The position numbers were made by a program, and so were the translations under genes. Of a DNA stretch of 64,000 nt, positions 19,676 through 28,220 are shown in pieces (within the stretch, counting starts at the first letter, position 1; every line of letters starts with the position of its first letter). Source of the DNA: Bacteroidia bacterium (GTDB taxonomy: Bacteria; Bacteroidota; Bacteroidia; UKL13-3); contig JACMQU010000117.1 of assembly GCA_014376805.1 (NCBI GenBank), positions 102,144 through 166,143 of the forward strand, in the 5' to 3' direction. The notes under the pieces were generated by a model, which was not told where the DNA came from, did no database searches, and saw nothing but the letters and a program-made list of their open reading frames with translations.

Positions 19676-20280
19676 TGGTTCATTTTTGACGGGTTCATAT
19701 CTGGGTTCATACATTCCGCTTTTTTTCAGTATATTGATTATTTGATATTCCTACTTATGTGTCCACTTCTCCATGCTACTGTTTGAAAAATTATACTTTT
19801 TTGAGTTGATTATTTCCATAGATTGCCGCTATTAAATCTAAAAAAAATATACCGTAACGATCACCTCAACAAGCAGAGTACTTAAAAAATCACTTCTAGC
19901 AACAAGACTTCACGGAGCTTACTTACAAAGTTGACTTCACCTAGCCAATTGATAAAATTGGAATTTTCAACTACACCGGTTTGAACCTGGATATGTTGTC
20001 TAATAGACACCTGAACATCGAACAGCGGATGGATATTTTGAACGCCAAACAGGATGAACTTGATAGGTTCCAAACATATTTAGAACAAGGGCTAACCTTA
20101 CAGGATGCATAATTTGAAACATTGAAAAGCTCCAGCACAGTTTTGAACGTAGCAAAAAAACCCTAAATTTTTGCAACACTTGTTTGAAGATATATAAGGC
20201 TTTAATATATTCGTGAAAATATGAATTTTATTTTTGGACTATTTACGCAGCACAATAAAGCTTAAATTATTTTAGATAGT

Positions 20281-20310
20281 GAAATGAAAGGCCATCCATC
20301 GGACGGCCTT
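20281..20310 (-). terminator. Candidate terminator downstream of the 61-aa membrane-protein gene
   Basis: An interrupted GC-rich hairpin AAGGCCATCC-ATC-GGACGGCCTT has one mismatch. A T-rich tract follows on the minus strand. Confidence 0.4.
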
Positions 20311-20338
20311 ATAGAAATTCTAATTGATAGTAGTTGTT

Positions 20339-20524
20339 TTAAGAATCTTTAGAATTTTCCCTTCTTAGTATTCTTACAAATGAAACTGCTGGAGCAATAA
20401 GCCCAATCAATATGTGGGAATAAGACAATTTAAATTTATTATATGTCAAATAACTAATATAAATAAATCCAGCATTAACCACAATGGTTATTAATATGAG
20501 ACCTATTATATTTAGCTTCCCCAT
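20339..20524 (-). CDS. Small two-TM membrane protein (61 aa), unknown function
   Basis: Two hydrophobic helices are present (IIGLILITIVVNAGFIYISYL and ILIGLIAPAVSFV). The ORF overlaps the upstream 183-aa ORF by 13 nt. Confidence 0.45.
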   Translation of the reverse strand: MGKLNIIGLILITIVVNAGFIYISYLTYNKFKLSYSHILIGLIAPAVSFVRILRRENSKDS

Positions 20525-21063
20525 AATACATAACTGAGCTGTAGTATTTGGAGTGCATTAACAAAAGACTGTTTTTGAGAGGCAGTCAATGCAAATCCGT
20601 TCACATCAGTAATCAAAGTGGCTAAGCTACTTACCCATTGGGCTTGATCAGCATTTTGTATAGTAGTAAACGTGCTATTTACCGTTGCTGAATCTGAATT
20701 ATTTAAAGGTATTTTACTAGTGGTAAGAGCCATCCATTCTGCAACAGTTGACATATCTTGAGTTAGAGTTACAGCTACAGCATTATTATAAGAAGATTCT
20801 GATATTGCCTCAATCTCAGCTGTCCAGACAGGTCGAACCTGACAAGCAAGTTGAACCATTACATCATAAGTTACAGTCGTATATCCACCAGCGAAAAACA
20901 GTTCACACGTTAAGTTATGGTTTATACCTGTATTATCGCTTGTACTAGGTATTGGTCCAACAGTTGGTGAATCCATATTCCATCCATCAGAAGCTTTCTT
21001 ATCAAGGTAATATAATGTTGAACCTGCAGCAAAAAAACTAAAGAATCCTGTTTCAATCATCAT
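20512..21063 (-). CDS. Hypothetical protein (183 aa), no recognisable motif
   Basis: This is the longest ORF in the region. It has no signal peptide and is Ser/Thr/Asn-rich. Overlapping start and stop codons couple it to small ORFs on both sides. Confidence 0.5.
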   Translation of the reverse strand: MMIETGFFSFFAAGSTLYYLDKKASDGWNMDSPTVGPIPSTSDNTGINHNLTCELFFAGGYTTVTYDVMVQLACQVRPVWTAEIEAISESSYNNAVAVTLTQDMSTVAEWMALTTSKIPLNNSDSATVNSTFTTIQNADQAQWVSSLATLITDVNGFALTASQKQSFVNALQILQLSYVLWGS

Positions 21064-21122
21064 TAATCCTGCGCATTAATCAGCTGCTGCGATAGCGTTT
21101 TTTGATCTTTTGTTATTGCCAT
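21063..21122 (-). CDS. Possible 19-aa leader ORF (MAITKDQKTLSQQLINAQD)
   Basis: I read this manually; it is too short for the ORF track. Its TAA stop shares one nucleotide with the ATG of the 183-aa ORF (TAATG). Confidence 0.2.
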   Translation of the reverse strand: MAITKDQKTLSQQLINAQD

Positions 21123-21291
21123 TTTTTTAAGTTTTTATAGAGGTTAAAAATATTGAATAAGTAAAAATGATATGTTTTTTCTTATTATACAAAAGGAAAA
21201 TAATATTTTCTTGTGCTAAAATTTTTTATTCGCTAACTGTAAAAAAGTTGTTGCGACAAATATGCTGTTTCTGTTCGTAAATATCGTTAAG

Positions 21292-21438
21292 ATGCACTTG
21301 TGCAAGTGGCGCAGCCTGGTTGTAGTGACACCAGCGGACGCAGATATGTGGCTAACCCCCGAAAATTCTCTGGAAAAGGTGTTGGGTTTGATGAGACCTT
21401 TTTCAAGGTGTAATGAATATCAAGCCGCTATTTACTGA
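21292..21438 (+). pseudogene. Fragment resembling the C-terminus of an SOS-response-associated peptidase (SRAP/YedK family)
   Basis: Manual translation gives ...VVVTPADADMWLTPENSLEKVLGLMRPF.... This matches the typical SRAP C-terminal pattern (P-V-I-L..d...WL.p.....l..ll.P). The catalytic N-terminus is absent. Confidence 0.3.
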
Positions 21439-21467
21439 GGGACTGCTTTATGTAATTTAAAAGTTTA

Positions 21468-21950
21468 CTAAGTGTATTGCCAAATAAAACCGCCTGCCGT
21501 ATTTCTCTTTCCCTTACAGCATCCCTTAATATTTGCCGATGAAATTTTAAGTTCTCTTTCTACGTCTTTGGTACCGGGCCAAGATTTTATAAACTGCATC
21601 GTTGCACTGTATTGTGTTACCGGTTTGAAGCACAACAATAATTGATTTTCGATTTCGTATTCGAGGTTCTCGCGCCCGGTGCACCATCTAAGATTGTCAA
21701 CCCTGTTATTTTGCTTGTTGCAATCTATATGATCAACCTCAGGCTTGTTTTCAGGGTTCGGTATAAACTGAATAGCAACCAGACGTTGGATATTATAATT
21801 TTTCGTTTTTTTATCTTTACATAAACTTACTCGAAGGTAGTTGTCTTTGAGGTTCGGTAGTAATATTCTAACAAGACATCGTCCCTTGTAGTTGAGCGAT
21901 TTTACATTCCCCAAATTTGATACTTGATAGACCTTCATAGTCAATTGCAT
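21468..21950 (-). CDS. NUMOD4/HNH homing-endonuclease-like protein (phage type)
   Basis: A NUMOD4-like YQVSNLGNVKS is followed by an HNH_3 core (VDHIDCNKQNNRVDNLRW). The C-terminal helix-turn-helix-like tail reads SANIKGCCKGKRNTAGGFIWQY. Confidence 0.75.
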   Translation of the reverse strand: MQLTMKVYQVSNLGNVKSLNYKGRCLVRILLPNLKDNYLRVSLCKDKKTKNYNIQRLVAIQFIPNPENKPEVDHIDCNKQNNRVDNLRWCTGRENLEYEIENQLLLCFKPVTQYSATMQFIKSWPGTKDVERELKISSANIKGCCKGKRNTAGGFIWQYT

Positions 21951-22444
21951 ATTTATATTACATAGAGTACAAATTATATCATATATTAAGTTGAAATATT
22001 CAGGTTCTTTGTAGGGATTTAATACGTCAGAATTGCGATCAGAATTTTATTCTGGAATAAATAATTCAATTAATTACAGGTTATGGCTTTAAAGCTGTTT
22101 GAAGCATCTTGAAATGGCTTTCAGCCACTTTCCTTTACCTAAAATTTCTAACCCATGATATGTAAAATTAGAAATATTAAAAGAAAAGACTACCTAAACA
22201 AGACTACCAATGCATAACAGAATTAACCATAATTCATAAACATACGTAAGTGTAGCTTATTCCATATAGAAACATAAATCAGATTAACCATAAATCTGCA
22301 TTTTTTTATTTTATGGTGTTGTTACCTTTTCATTATTATGAGCAACATTTTTCCAATACTAACTACCGGATATTTAATTTAGTTGTTGAAGATTTGTGGG
22401 GCAAATAAAATAATGTAAAAATATATATACATAACGAAATTTCA

Positions 22445-22663
22445 TTGGCTAAATTTAAGCCACGCTCCAAAGTTGGAACACAACAAAATCAAATGACACC
22501 TGAAAATGGCCTATCTCATATAATGAGGGTTAAACATTATATAAATATTCAATCTCATTATAGAAGTTTAAATCCAAGTGGAGATATAATTAATAGTAAT
22601 TTTTGGAGTAGACTAATTGTAAGAGAAGCAGCACGAACACAGTCGTTTCCTGATAAATTTTAA
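22445..22663 (+). pseudogene. C-terminal fragment of a DNA (cytosine-5) methyltransferase
   Basis: The ORF ends with IVREAARTQSFPDKF, matching the T-x-R-E-x-A-R-x-Q-x-F-P-D motif of C5-MTases. Catalytic motifs I-VI are absent. It has a non-ATG start and truncates before the final conserved block. Confidence 0.55.
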
Positions 22664-22675
22664 TTGATAGGTAAT

Positions 22676-22712
22676 AAAAAAAGCCTCCTGAAATTTTTCA
22701 GGAGGCTTTTTT
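22676..22712. terminator. Bidirectional rho-independent terminator
   Basis: The sequence is AAAAAAGCCTCCTGAAATTTTTCAGGAGGCTTTTTT. It forms a perfect 10-bp stem (AGCCTCCTGA/TCAGGAGGCT) flanked by an A-run and a T-run. It lies between convergent genes. Confidence 0.85.
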
Positions 22713-22738
22713 ATTAATAACTAACTTCGCAATTATAT

Positions 22739-25700
22739 TTAGTTCTTAAGTAGTTTACTTCGTGTTGCAACCTGTTCGTTTAAAAGAAGCTCTGCAATAT
22801 AAATACCTGAATTAAGCTGAGAAGTATTTATAGTTATTCCACTAATACTTTGAACATCACTTTTCATAACTAAGCGACCATTTAAATCATAAATATTCAA
22901 AGTTGCATTTACTGTATTTTTTGTTTCGAAGCCAACTGTAAATGCATCCTCTACTGGATTAGGATACATACTGATAGCTGTTCCGCTTTTCAATAATTCT
23001 TCATTAACTCCTGTTGATATGGAAGGGGATGAAATACGATAGTACCTCATTAATTGTCCACGAATTTCACCATTAGCAGAAGTTGAAGTATGGATGTTTA
23101 CATACGTACTATCATTTCTGCGCATAGAAATTGAATTCATTTCAGTAAAACCTTCAGCAGCTTTTGCATAGGTATAACTTCCATTATTTGTAAATGGATC
23201 AAGTGCAATTAATACCGGCCCGCTTTGACCTTTGCGGCCCCCATGTATGTGACCTGAAGTTACTGTTCCCTGAAGACCATCAAAAGCAAGCATTGTATGC
23301 AGGTTGGTTCTTTCTCTGTCATAAGAAGCAATTACTGTACCCTGTGCTGTACCTGTAGTAGCTGCCTGCGCATTATTAAGTTCAGCAATAAAACCTTCGC
23401 GGGCAAGCCTGTAAACCTGTCCACGCAATTCTCCATTAGGGTTATTAGTAGTATGTACATTCAGGTATAAATTACCTTTTAACAATTCACTAACCATTGC
23501 ATTGCTAAAGGGTTCACTATCAGTTTTTGTCCATAAACCTGAAATGGTATTTCCTGTAAGTGTTAATGATTTTACTACAGGACCATTCATCATAACATTG
23601 CCATTATGAAAATGGGCAGATGTTGCAGAACTGCTTAAACCTGTAATCATTATATTGTATTTTAAAGTATCCATTGTATTGTTTAACCACAAGGTTGAAA
23701 CTCCCGTAGCACCTGAAATTTGTGCAGGTGTACCACCACCCTCTGATATGCCTTTCTGGCTCATCCAGGAATCAAATCGCAGTGTTTTTGTTGAACGCAC
23801 CTGTCCACGAATTTCTCCGCCGGGATATGCAGACGTATGCAGATTAATATAAACACTGTCAGACATAAGACATGCCAGTACATTTGTCCATGTTGCTGCA
23901 TTCATTTGCACCTTGCCTGATAGTGTAGAACTATCCATTGATATCAGGTTACCAAGATTTAAAATTACGCCACCGCTTTGACCGGCTTTGCCATTATGTA
24001 AATGAGCACTCGTAATTTTATTGTTTAAATTACTAACTAATCTTACTTCTGCCAGATCTCCTTTCATGCTAAAATTGATAGAAGCAAGTCCTGTAGCAGG
24101 AGAAATGGTAGTAGCTTGTGTTCCATCCAGTATAGCACTAAATCCCCAGTCTGTTTCTAATTTAATATTGCCCAGAATTTCAACAGCAGGATTCGCCGTT
24201 GTATGAACAGCTACATATAAATTACCTTCTATCAAATCGGTCATTAAACCTGTTAACTGAGTTCCGGTTATAAAACTTCTTACTGTATTCTTATCTGTTT
24301 TTCCATTAAAATCTATAATCACATTACCGCCAGTTCTGCCATTATGAATATGGAAACCCGTTAATGCAGTTGATAGTTTTGCATAACTGATTGTAAAATA
24401 TAAAGTATCATGAGTTGAGTTCAGCATAAATGCTCCAACACCATTAGCAGTGGTAGTTACCGTTGGAGCAGGAATTAACTTAGCAGAAAAAGTTAAACGG
24501 TCTGATAAGTAATCAGGTTCTTGGGGAGGAGGAGGTGTTAATGATGGAGAAGATATTTTGTAATTTCTCCATAATTGACCGCGAATTTCACCACCTGGAA
24601 AAGTTGATGAATGAATATTGATGTACATACTGTCGTTTCTTCTCAATGCAATTGATTGGGTATTATTAAAACCCGCTGCATTGGTCCAGTAATTGTAAAA
24701 TCCATTATCAACAGGAGTACCCAGATCATAAACAACAGGACCAGACTGGCCTTTTAAACCGGTATGAAAATGGGCTGATGCAAAAGGTGAGGTAAGGTTA
24801 TCTGTGCTAATCATATAATGCAGATTTGTTCTGTCACGATCATAGGAAACAATTGCTGAACCTTGCGTACGGCTAAGTGTTCCGGATTGCTTGCCATTTA
24901 TTTCGGCAATAAATCCTTCGCGGGCCAGTCTATACACCTGACCTCTGATTTCTCCACCGGGATTACTATCTGTATGCAGGTTAATATATAAACTACCCCC
25001 AATAAGCTGGTTGATAATAGTATTAGTTAGCGGAGCAGTAGCATCATATTTTGTCCAGATGGCAGTTACTGTATTTCCAGTAAATGCAATTGGTTTAACA
25101 ACTGAACCGCTTGCATTGGCTTCACCATTATGAAAATGCATGGCACCTGCATTAGACGTAAGTCCTTTGAAATATACATTGTACCGGAGGGTATCCATTG
25201 TTTGATTTAACCACAACGTTGAAACCCCTACTGCTGAAGATGCCTTACTAAGAATGCCTCCGCCAGCAGTTACTGCAGCGGGAGTCATCGATGCATCAAA
25301 ACGAAGCGTTTTTGTAGTACGTACCTGACCACGAATTTCGCCACCGGGAAAAGCACTGGTATGAAGGTTTATGTAGCAACTATCGGCCAGTAAACAAGCC
25401 AGTATCTTTGTCCAGGAAGCAGCATTCATAGCTATACCACCTGATAAAGTTACACTGTCTGATGAAATAAGCCCGCCAAGACTTAAAATAACACCACCAT
25501 TTTGCCCGGCTTTTCCATTGTGTAAATGAGCACCCGTAATTTTATTACTCATGTTAGTAACAACCCTGATAATAGCAGTATCACCTTTCATTCCAAAATT
25601 GATAGCAGCATGACCTGTTGCTATAGATGAAGATCCATCCTGCGGCCCATCAAGAGATGCTGCAAATCCCCAGTCACTTTCCAGTTTTATTGAACCCAGA

Positions 25701-26110
25701 ATTTCAACTGCAGGGTTTGTAACAGTGTGAACGGCAACATATAAATTGCCTTCAATAAAGTCTGTTAAGATTCCGCTTAATTGGGTACCTGTGATAAAAC
25801 TTCTTACGGTATTTCCTTCTACTTTGCCGTCAAAATCAATAATCACATTGCCACCGGTGCGGCCATTATGAATATGAAAACCAACCATAGGGCTGCTTAA
25901 TTTAGCAAAGCTGGTTGTAAAATACATAGTATCGCGGGAAGAATTAAGCATAAATGCAGCAACCCCGTTACCGAGCGTTATAATGCCCGGTGCAGGCTGA
26001 AGACGGGCTGAAAAAGTAAGCCGGTCGCTTAAATGATCGGCTTTTGCAGACATAATACTCAGGAAGGAGGCGAGTACAAGTCCAATTGTTGAAAGAGTAA
26101 ATTTTTTCAT
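22739..26110 (-). CDS. T9SS-secreted protein with eight CHRD domains and a Por C-terminal sorting domain
   Basis: A signal peptide is present. The CHRD hallmarks recur eight times: (A/F)H(I/L/F)HNG..G..G.V and Y(I/V)N(I/L/V)HT...P.GEIRGQ(V/L). The C-terminus reads ISMYPNPVEDAFTVGF...NSGIYIAELLL. Confidence 0.85.
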   Translation of the reverse strand: MKKFTLSTIGLVLASFLSIMSAKADHLSDRLTFSARLQPAPGIITLGNGVAAFMLNSSRDTMYFTTSFAKLSSPMVGFHIHNGRTGGNVIIDFDGKVEGNTVRSFITGTQLSGILTDFIEGNLYVAVHTVTNPAVEILGSIKLESDWGFAASLDGPQDGSSSIATGHAAINFGMKGDTAIIRVVTNMSNKITGAHLHNGKAGQNGGVILSLGGLISSDSVTLSGGIAMNAASWTKILACLLADSCYINLHTSAFPGGEIRGQVRTTKTLRFDASMTPAAVTAGGGILSKASSAVGVSTLWLNQTMDTLRYNVYFKGLTSNAGAMHFHNGEANASGSVVKPIAFTGNTVTAIWTKYDATAPLTNTIINQLIGGSLYINLHTDSNPGGEIRGQVYRLAREGFIAEINGKQSGTLSRTQGSAIVSYDRDRTNLHYMISTDNLTSPFASAHFHTGLKGQSGPVVYDLGTPVDNGFYNYWTNAAGFNNTQSIALRRNDSMYINIHSSTFPGGEIRGQLWRNYKISSPSLTPPPPQEPDYLSDRLTFSAKLIPAPTVTTTANGVGAFMLNSTHDTLYFTISYAKLSTALTGFHIHNGRTGGNVIIDFNGKTDKNTVRSFITGTQLTGLMTDLIEGNLYVAVHTTANPAVEILGNIKLETDWGFSAILDGTQATTISPATGLASINFSMKGDLAEVRLVSNLNNKITSAHLHNGKAGQSGGVILNLGNLISMDSSTLSGKVQMNAATWTNVLACLMSDSVYINLHTSAYPGGEIRGQVRSTKTLRFDSWMSQKGISEGGGTPAQISGATGVSTLWLNNTMDTLKYNIMITGLSSSATSAHFHNGNVMMNGPVVKSLTLTGNTISGLWTKTDSEPFSNAMVSELLKGNLYLNVHTTNNPNGELRGQVYRLAREGFIAELNNAQAATTGTAQGTVIASYDRERTNLHTMLAFDGLQGTVTSGHIHGGRKGQSGPVLIALDPFTNNGSYTYAKAAEGFTEMNSISMRRNDSTYVNIHTSTSANGEIRGQLMRYYRISSPSISTGVNEELLKSGTAISMYPNPVEDAFTVGFETKNTVNATLNIYDLNGRLVMKSDVQSISGITINTSQLNSGIYIAELLLNEQVATRSKLLKN
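22991..26038 (-). repeat. Intragenic tandem duplication: 2 x 1524 bp (508 aa, four CHRD domains each)
   Basis: Unit 1 starts at residue 25 (DHLSDRLTFSARL...). Unit 2 starts at residue 533 (DYLSDRLTFSAKL...), and the junction lies at 24514/24515. The units align colinearly and share long identical peptide runs, e.g. GFHIHNGRTGGNVIIDF and IEGNLYVAVHT..NPAVEILG. Confidence 0.85.
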
Positions 26111-26199
26111 ATTTTTTTTTGGGTTTAGTGGGGAAAAGTAATCAAAACTATATATAAACGAACTAAATACATAATAAATTCATAAAAAACTGGCACACA

Positions 26200-26955
26200 T
26201 TACCGCTTAATTCCTTCAATTTCAACCCGCATACTCTTCAACATATCCATGATGCTATCAAGGTTTAATTCCTCTTCTTTTTTATCTGAAATATTAAGGT
26301 TGCATACAAACTCCCAGGCTTCAATTACATCAACTGTTTTTACTGCATAAGGTTCATAGTTTTTATTGTCTGAATGAAGTTCGAGGATAGAACCTTTTTT
26401 AAATACACGTTTGTAAACCACCCCTTCGTCTTTGGTAACCAGAACATAAGTGCGGCCGTTATTAATGTCAGATAGTGATTCAACATATTTTGCCACAACA
26501 AAACAACCTGTTTTTAAGGGAGGCATAGAGTCTCCTTTTATTGGGAACGCCCGATGTTTTCCGGTGATGCGAAAGGGTAGGTTCATAAGTGGTAATTTAT
26601 CAAAATACTCAGGGTCTGCATAACCATTTAAATATCCTGCCGATGCTTTTACCGTGACCACTTCTATCAGGTCGTTGTTATCTTTATCAACCATAACCGG
26701 AAACAGCATCCTGTTTGATCCTACTTTTATAAATGATCCTATATCAATTTCAGAAAGATCGCATTTAATTAATGCATCAATAGAAATATGAAACATGTTT
26801 GATAATTTGATAAGGATATCAATGGGTGGATCACATCTTTCTTCTTCATACGACCCAATGCGTGGACGGGTAATATCCAATTCATCTGCCAGTTGTAGCT
26901 GCGACCATTTTTTCAGGGAACGCAGGTGCCTGATATTGTTAGCTATATTTGCCAT
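26200..26955 (-). CDS. LexA-like self-cleaving repressor (XRE-type HTH + S24 peptidase)
   Basis: The N-terminal HTH_XRE reads LKKWSQLQLADELDITRPRIGSYE. A candidate Ala-Gly cleavage site lies in VKASAGYLNGY. The S24 catalytic Ser is in GDSMPP and the Lys is in VVYKRV. The gene is divergent from dinB-dnaE2. Confidence 0.8.
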   Translation of the reverse strand: MANIANNIRHLRSLKKWSQLQLADELDITRPRIGSYEEERCDPPIDILIKLSNMFHISIDALIKCDLSEIDIGSFIKVGSNRMLFPVMVDKDNNDLIEVVTVKASAGYLNGYADPEYFDKLPLMNLPFRITGKHRAFPIKGDSMPPLKTGCFVVAKYVESLSDINNGRTYVLVTKDEGVVYKRVFKKGSILELHSDNKNYEPYAVKTVDVIEAWEFVCNLNISDKKEEELNLDSIMDMLKSMRVEIEGIKR

Positions 26956-26961
26956 ACTAAA

Positions 26962-27003
26962 ATATTTAGCACAAATATACTAAATATAATGGTAAATTTA
27001 CAA
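26962..27003 (-). promoter_or_regulatory. Candidate promoter of the LexA-like gene, with an operator palindrome overlapping its -7 box
   Basis: The inverted repeat ATATTTAG-N10-CTAAATAT spans 26962-26987. The N10 spacer contains TATATTTG on the minus strand (TAnnTTTG, forward 26972-26979). A TTG lies 21 nt upstream, at forward 27001-27003. Confidence 0.4.
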
Positions 27004-27034
27004 ACCTTATTTAAATTGATTTAGGAATGATAAA

Positions 27035-28219
27035 ATGGAACGCAATATTGTTCATATAGACCTTGATTCTTTTTTTGTGTCTGTAGAAAGACTGGTTAAC
27101 CCTAAGTTACTTGGTCAGCCTGTTTTAGTGGGCGGCACCAGCGATAGGGGTGTAGTGGCCTCCTGCAGTTACGAAGCGCGTGCTTTTGGAATTCACTCAG
27201 CTATGCCCATGAAAATGGCCAGGCAACTTTGTCCACAGGCAATTATTGTAAAAGGAGACACTGGAGAGTATAGCAAATATTCAGATATAGTTTCCGAAAT
27301 TATTGGAGGCGAAGTGCCGCTTTATGAGAAATCTTCTATAGATGAATTTTATATTGACCTTACCGGGATGGACCGTTTTTTTGGTTGTTATAAACTTGCC
27401 ACAGCACTCCGTCAAAAAATTATGAAGGAAACAAATCTTCCTATTTCTTTTGCATTATCAGCCAATAAAACGGTATCAAAAGTAGGAACAGGGGAAGCAA
27501 AACCTAACGGTCAAAAAGAAATTCTTGCGGGCACCGAAAAGAATTTTTTGGCACCTTTATCCATACGTAAAATTCCAATGGTAGGAGATAAAACGTACCA
27601 GTTATTGCGCGGTATGGGGGTTTCTAAAATACATACTTTGCAGGAAATGCCTGTAGAGCTCATGCAGCAGGTACTTGGCGAAAACGGGATAGTAATATGG
27701 CGTAAGGCAAATGGTATAGATACTTCCCCGGTAGTGCCCTATTCTGAACGCAAATCTATTTCTACAGAACGTACTTTTGATAAGGATACCATTGATGTAA
27801 AAAAGTTAAAAGGAATATTGGTAGGGATGACGGAGAAGCTGGCATTTCAGTTACGCAGTGAGCATAAATTAACAGCCTGTATTTCAGTGAAAATCCGCTA
27901 CTCAGATTTTAATACTTTTAATATGCAAGCCCGGATTTCATACACGTCTCTTGATCATATTTTAATTGAAAAAATTGGTGAACTGTTTGATAAATTATAT
28001 CAGAAACGAATGTTAATCCGCCTCATCGGCGTTAGGTTCAGCCATTTGGTACCTGGCGGACACCAATATAATTTATTTGAAGAAACAGTAGAACAGATCA
28101 GGTTGTATGAAGCGATGGATAAGATAAGAAAACGTTATGGCAAAGATGCCGTAAACCGTGCGGTAGGAATGGATTACGAAGATCATGGATTTAATGCGTT
28201 TAATGGATTGAAAAAATAA
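27035..28219 (+). CDS. dinB: Y-family DNA polymerase (DinB/Pol IV type, catalytic residues intact)
   Basis: VHIDLDSFFVSVE and SIDEFYIDLTG retain the catalytic Asp/Asp-Glu residues. The length is typical of Pol IV. The dnaE2 start follows 1 nt after its stop. Confidence 0.85.
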   Translation: MERNIVHIDLDSFFVSVERLVNPKLLGQPVLVGGTSDRGVVASCSYEARAFGIHSAMPMKMARQLCPQAIIVKGDTGEYSKYSDIVSEIIGGEVPLYEKSSIDEFYIDLTGMDRFFGCYKLATALRQKIMKETNLPISFALSANKTVSKVGTGEAKPNGQKEILAGTEKNFLAPLSIRKIPMVGDKTYQLLRGMGVSKIHTLQEMPVELMQQVLGENGIVIWRKANGIDTSPVVPYSERKSISTERTFDKDTIDVKKLKGILVGMTEKLAFQLRSEHKLTACISVKIRYSDFNTFNMQARISYTSLDHILIEKIGELFDKLYQKRMLIRLIGVRFSHLVPGGHQYNLFEETVEQIRLYEAMDKIRKRYGKDAVNRAVGMDYEDHGFNAFNGLKK

Positions 28220-28220
28220 G

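Noticed and set aside
19093-19786. ORF-track entries 19093-19317(-) and 19595-19786(+)
   Set aside because: They overlap the tRNA-Ser and tRNA-Pro genes. Their translations include GFEPS and VVGSNPATP, which are tRNA T-arm read-throughs. They are not protein-coding.
19629-22712. A direct repeat of the tRNA-Pro 3' end (attL/attR) delimiting an intact integrative element
   Set aside because: I could not find a second copy of the tRNA 3' segment (…AATCCTGCCACCCCGA) by eye, and there is no integrase. I describe the region only as a decayed remnant. A computational repeat search is still needed.
27035-28219. Calling the Y-family polymerase gene imuB because of its position upstream of dnaE2
   Set aside because: The catalytic acidic residues (DLD in HIDLDSFF and DE in SIDEFY) are retained. 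ImuB proteins characteristically lack them. I therefore annotated it as DinB-type and flagged the discrepancy as a finding.
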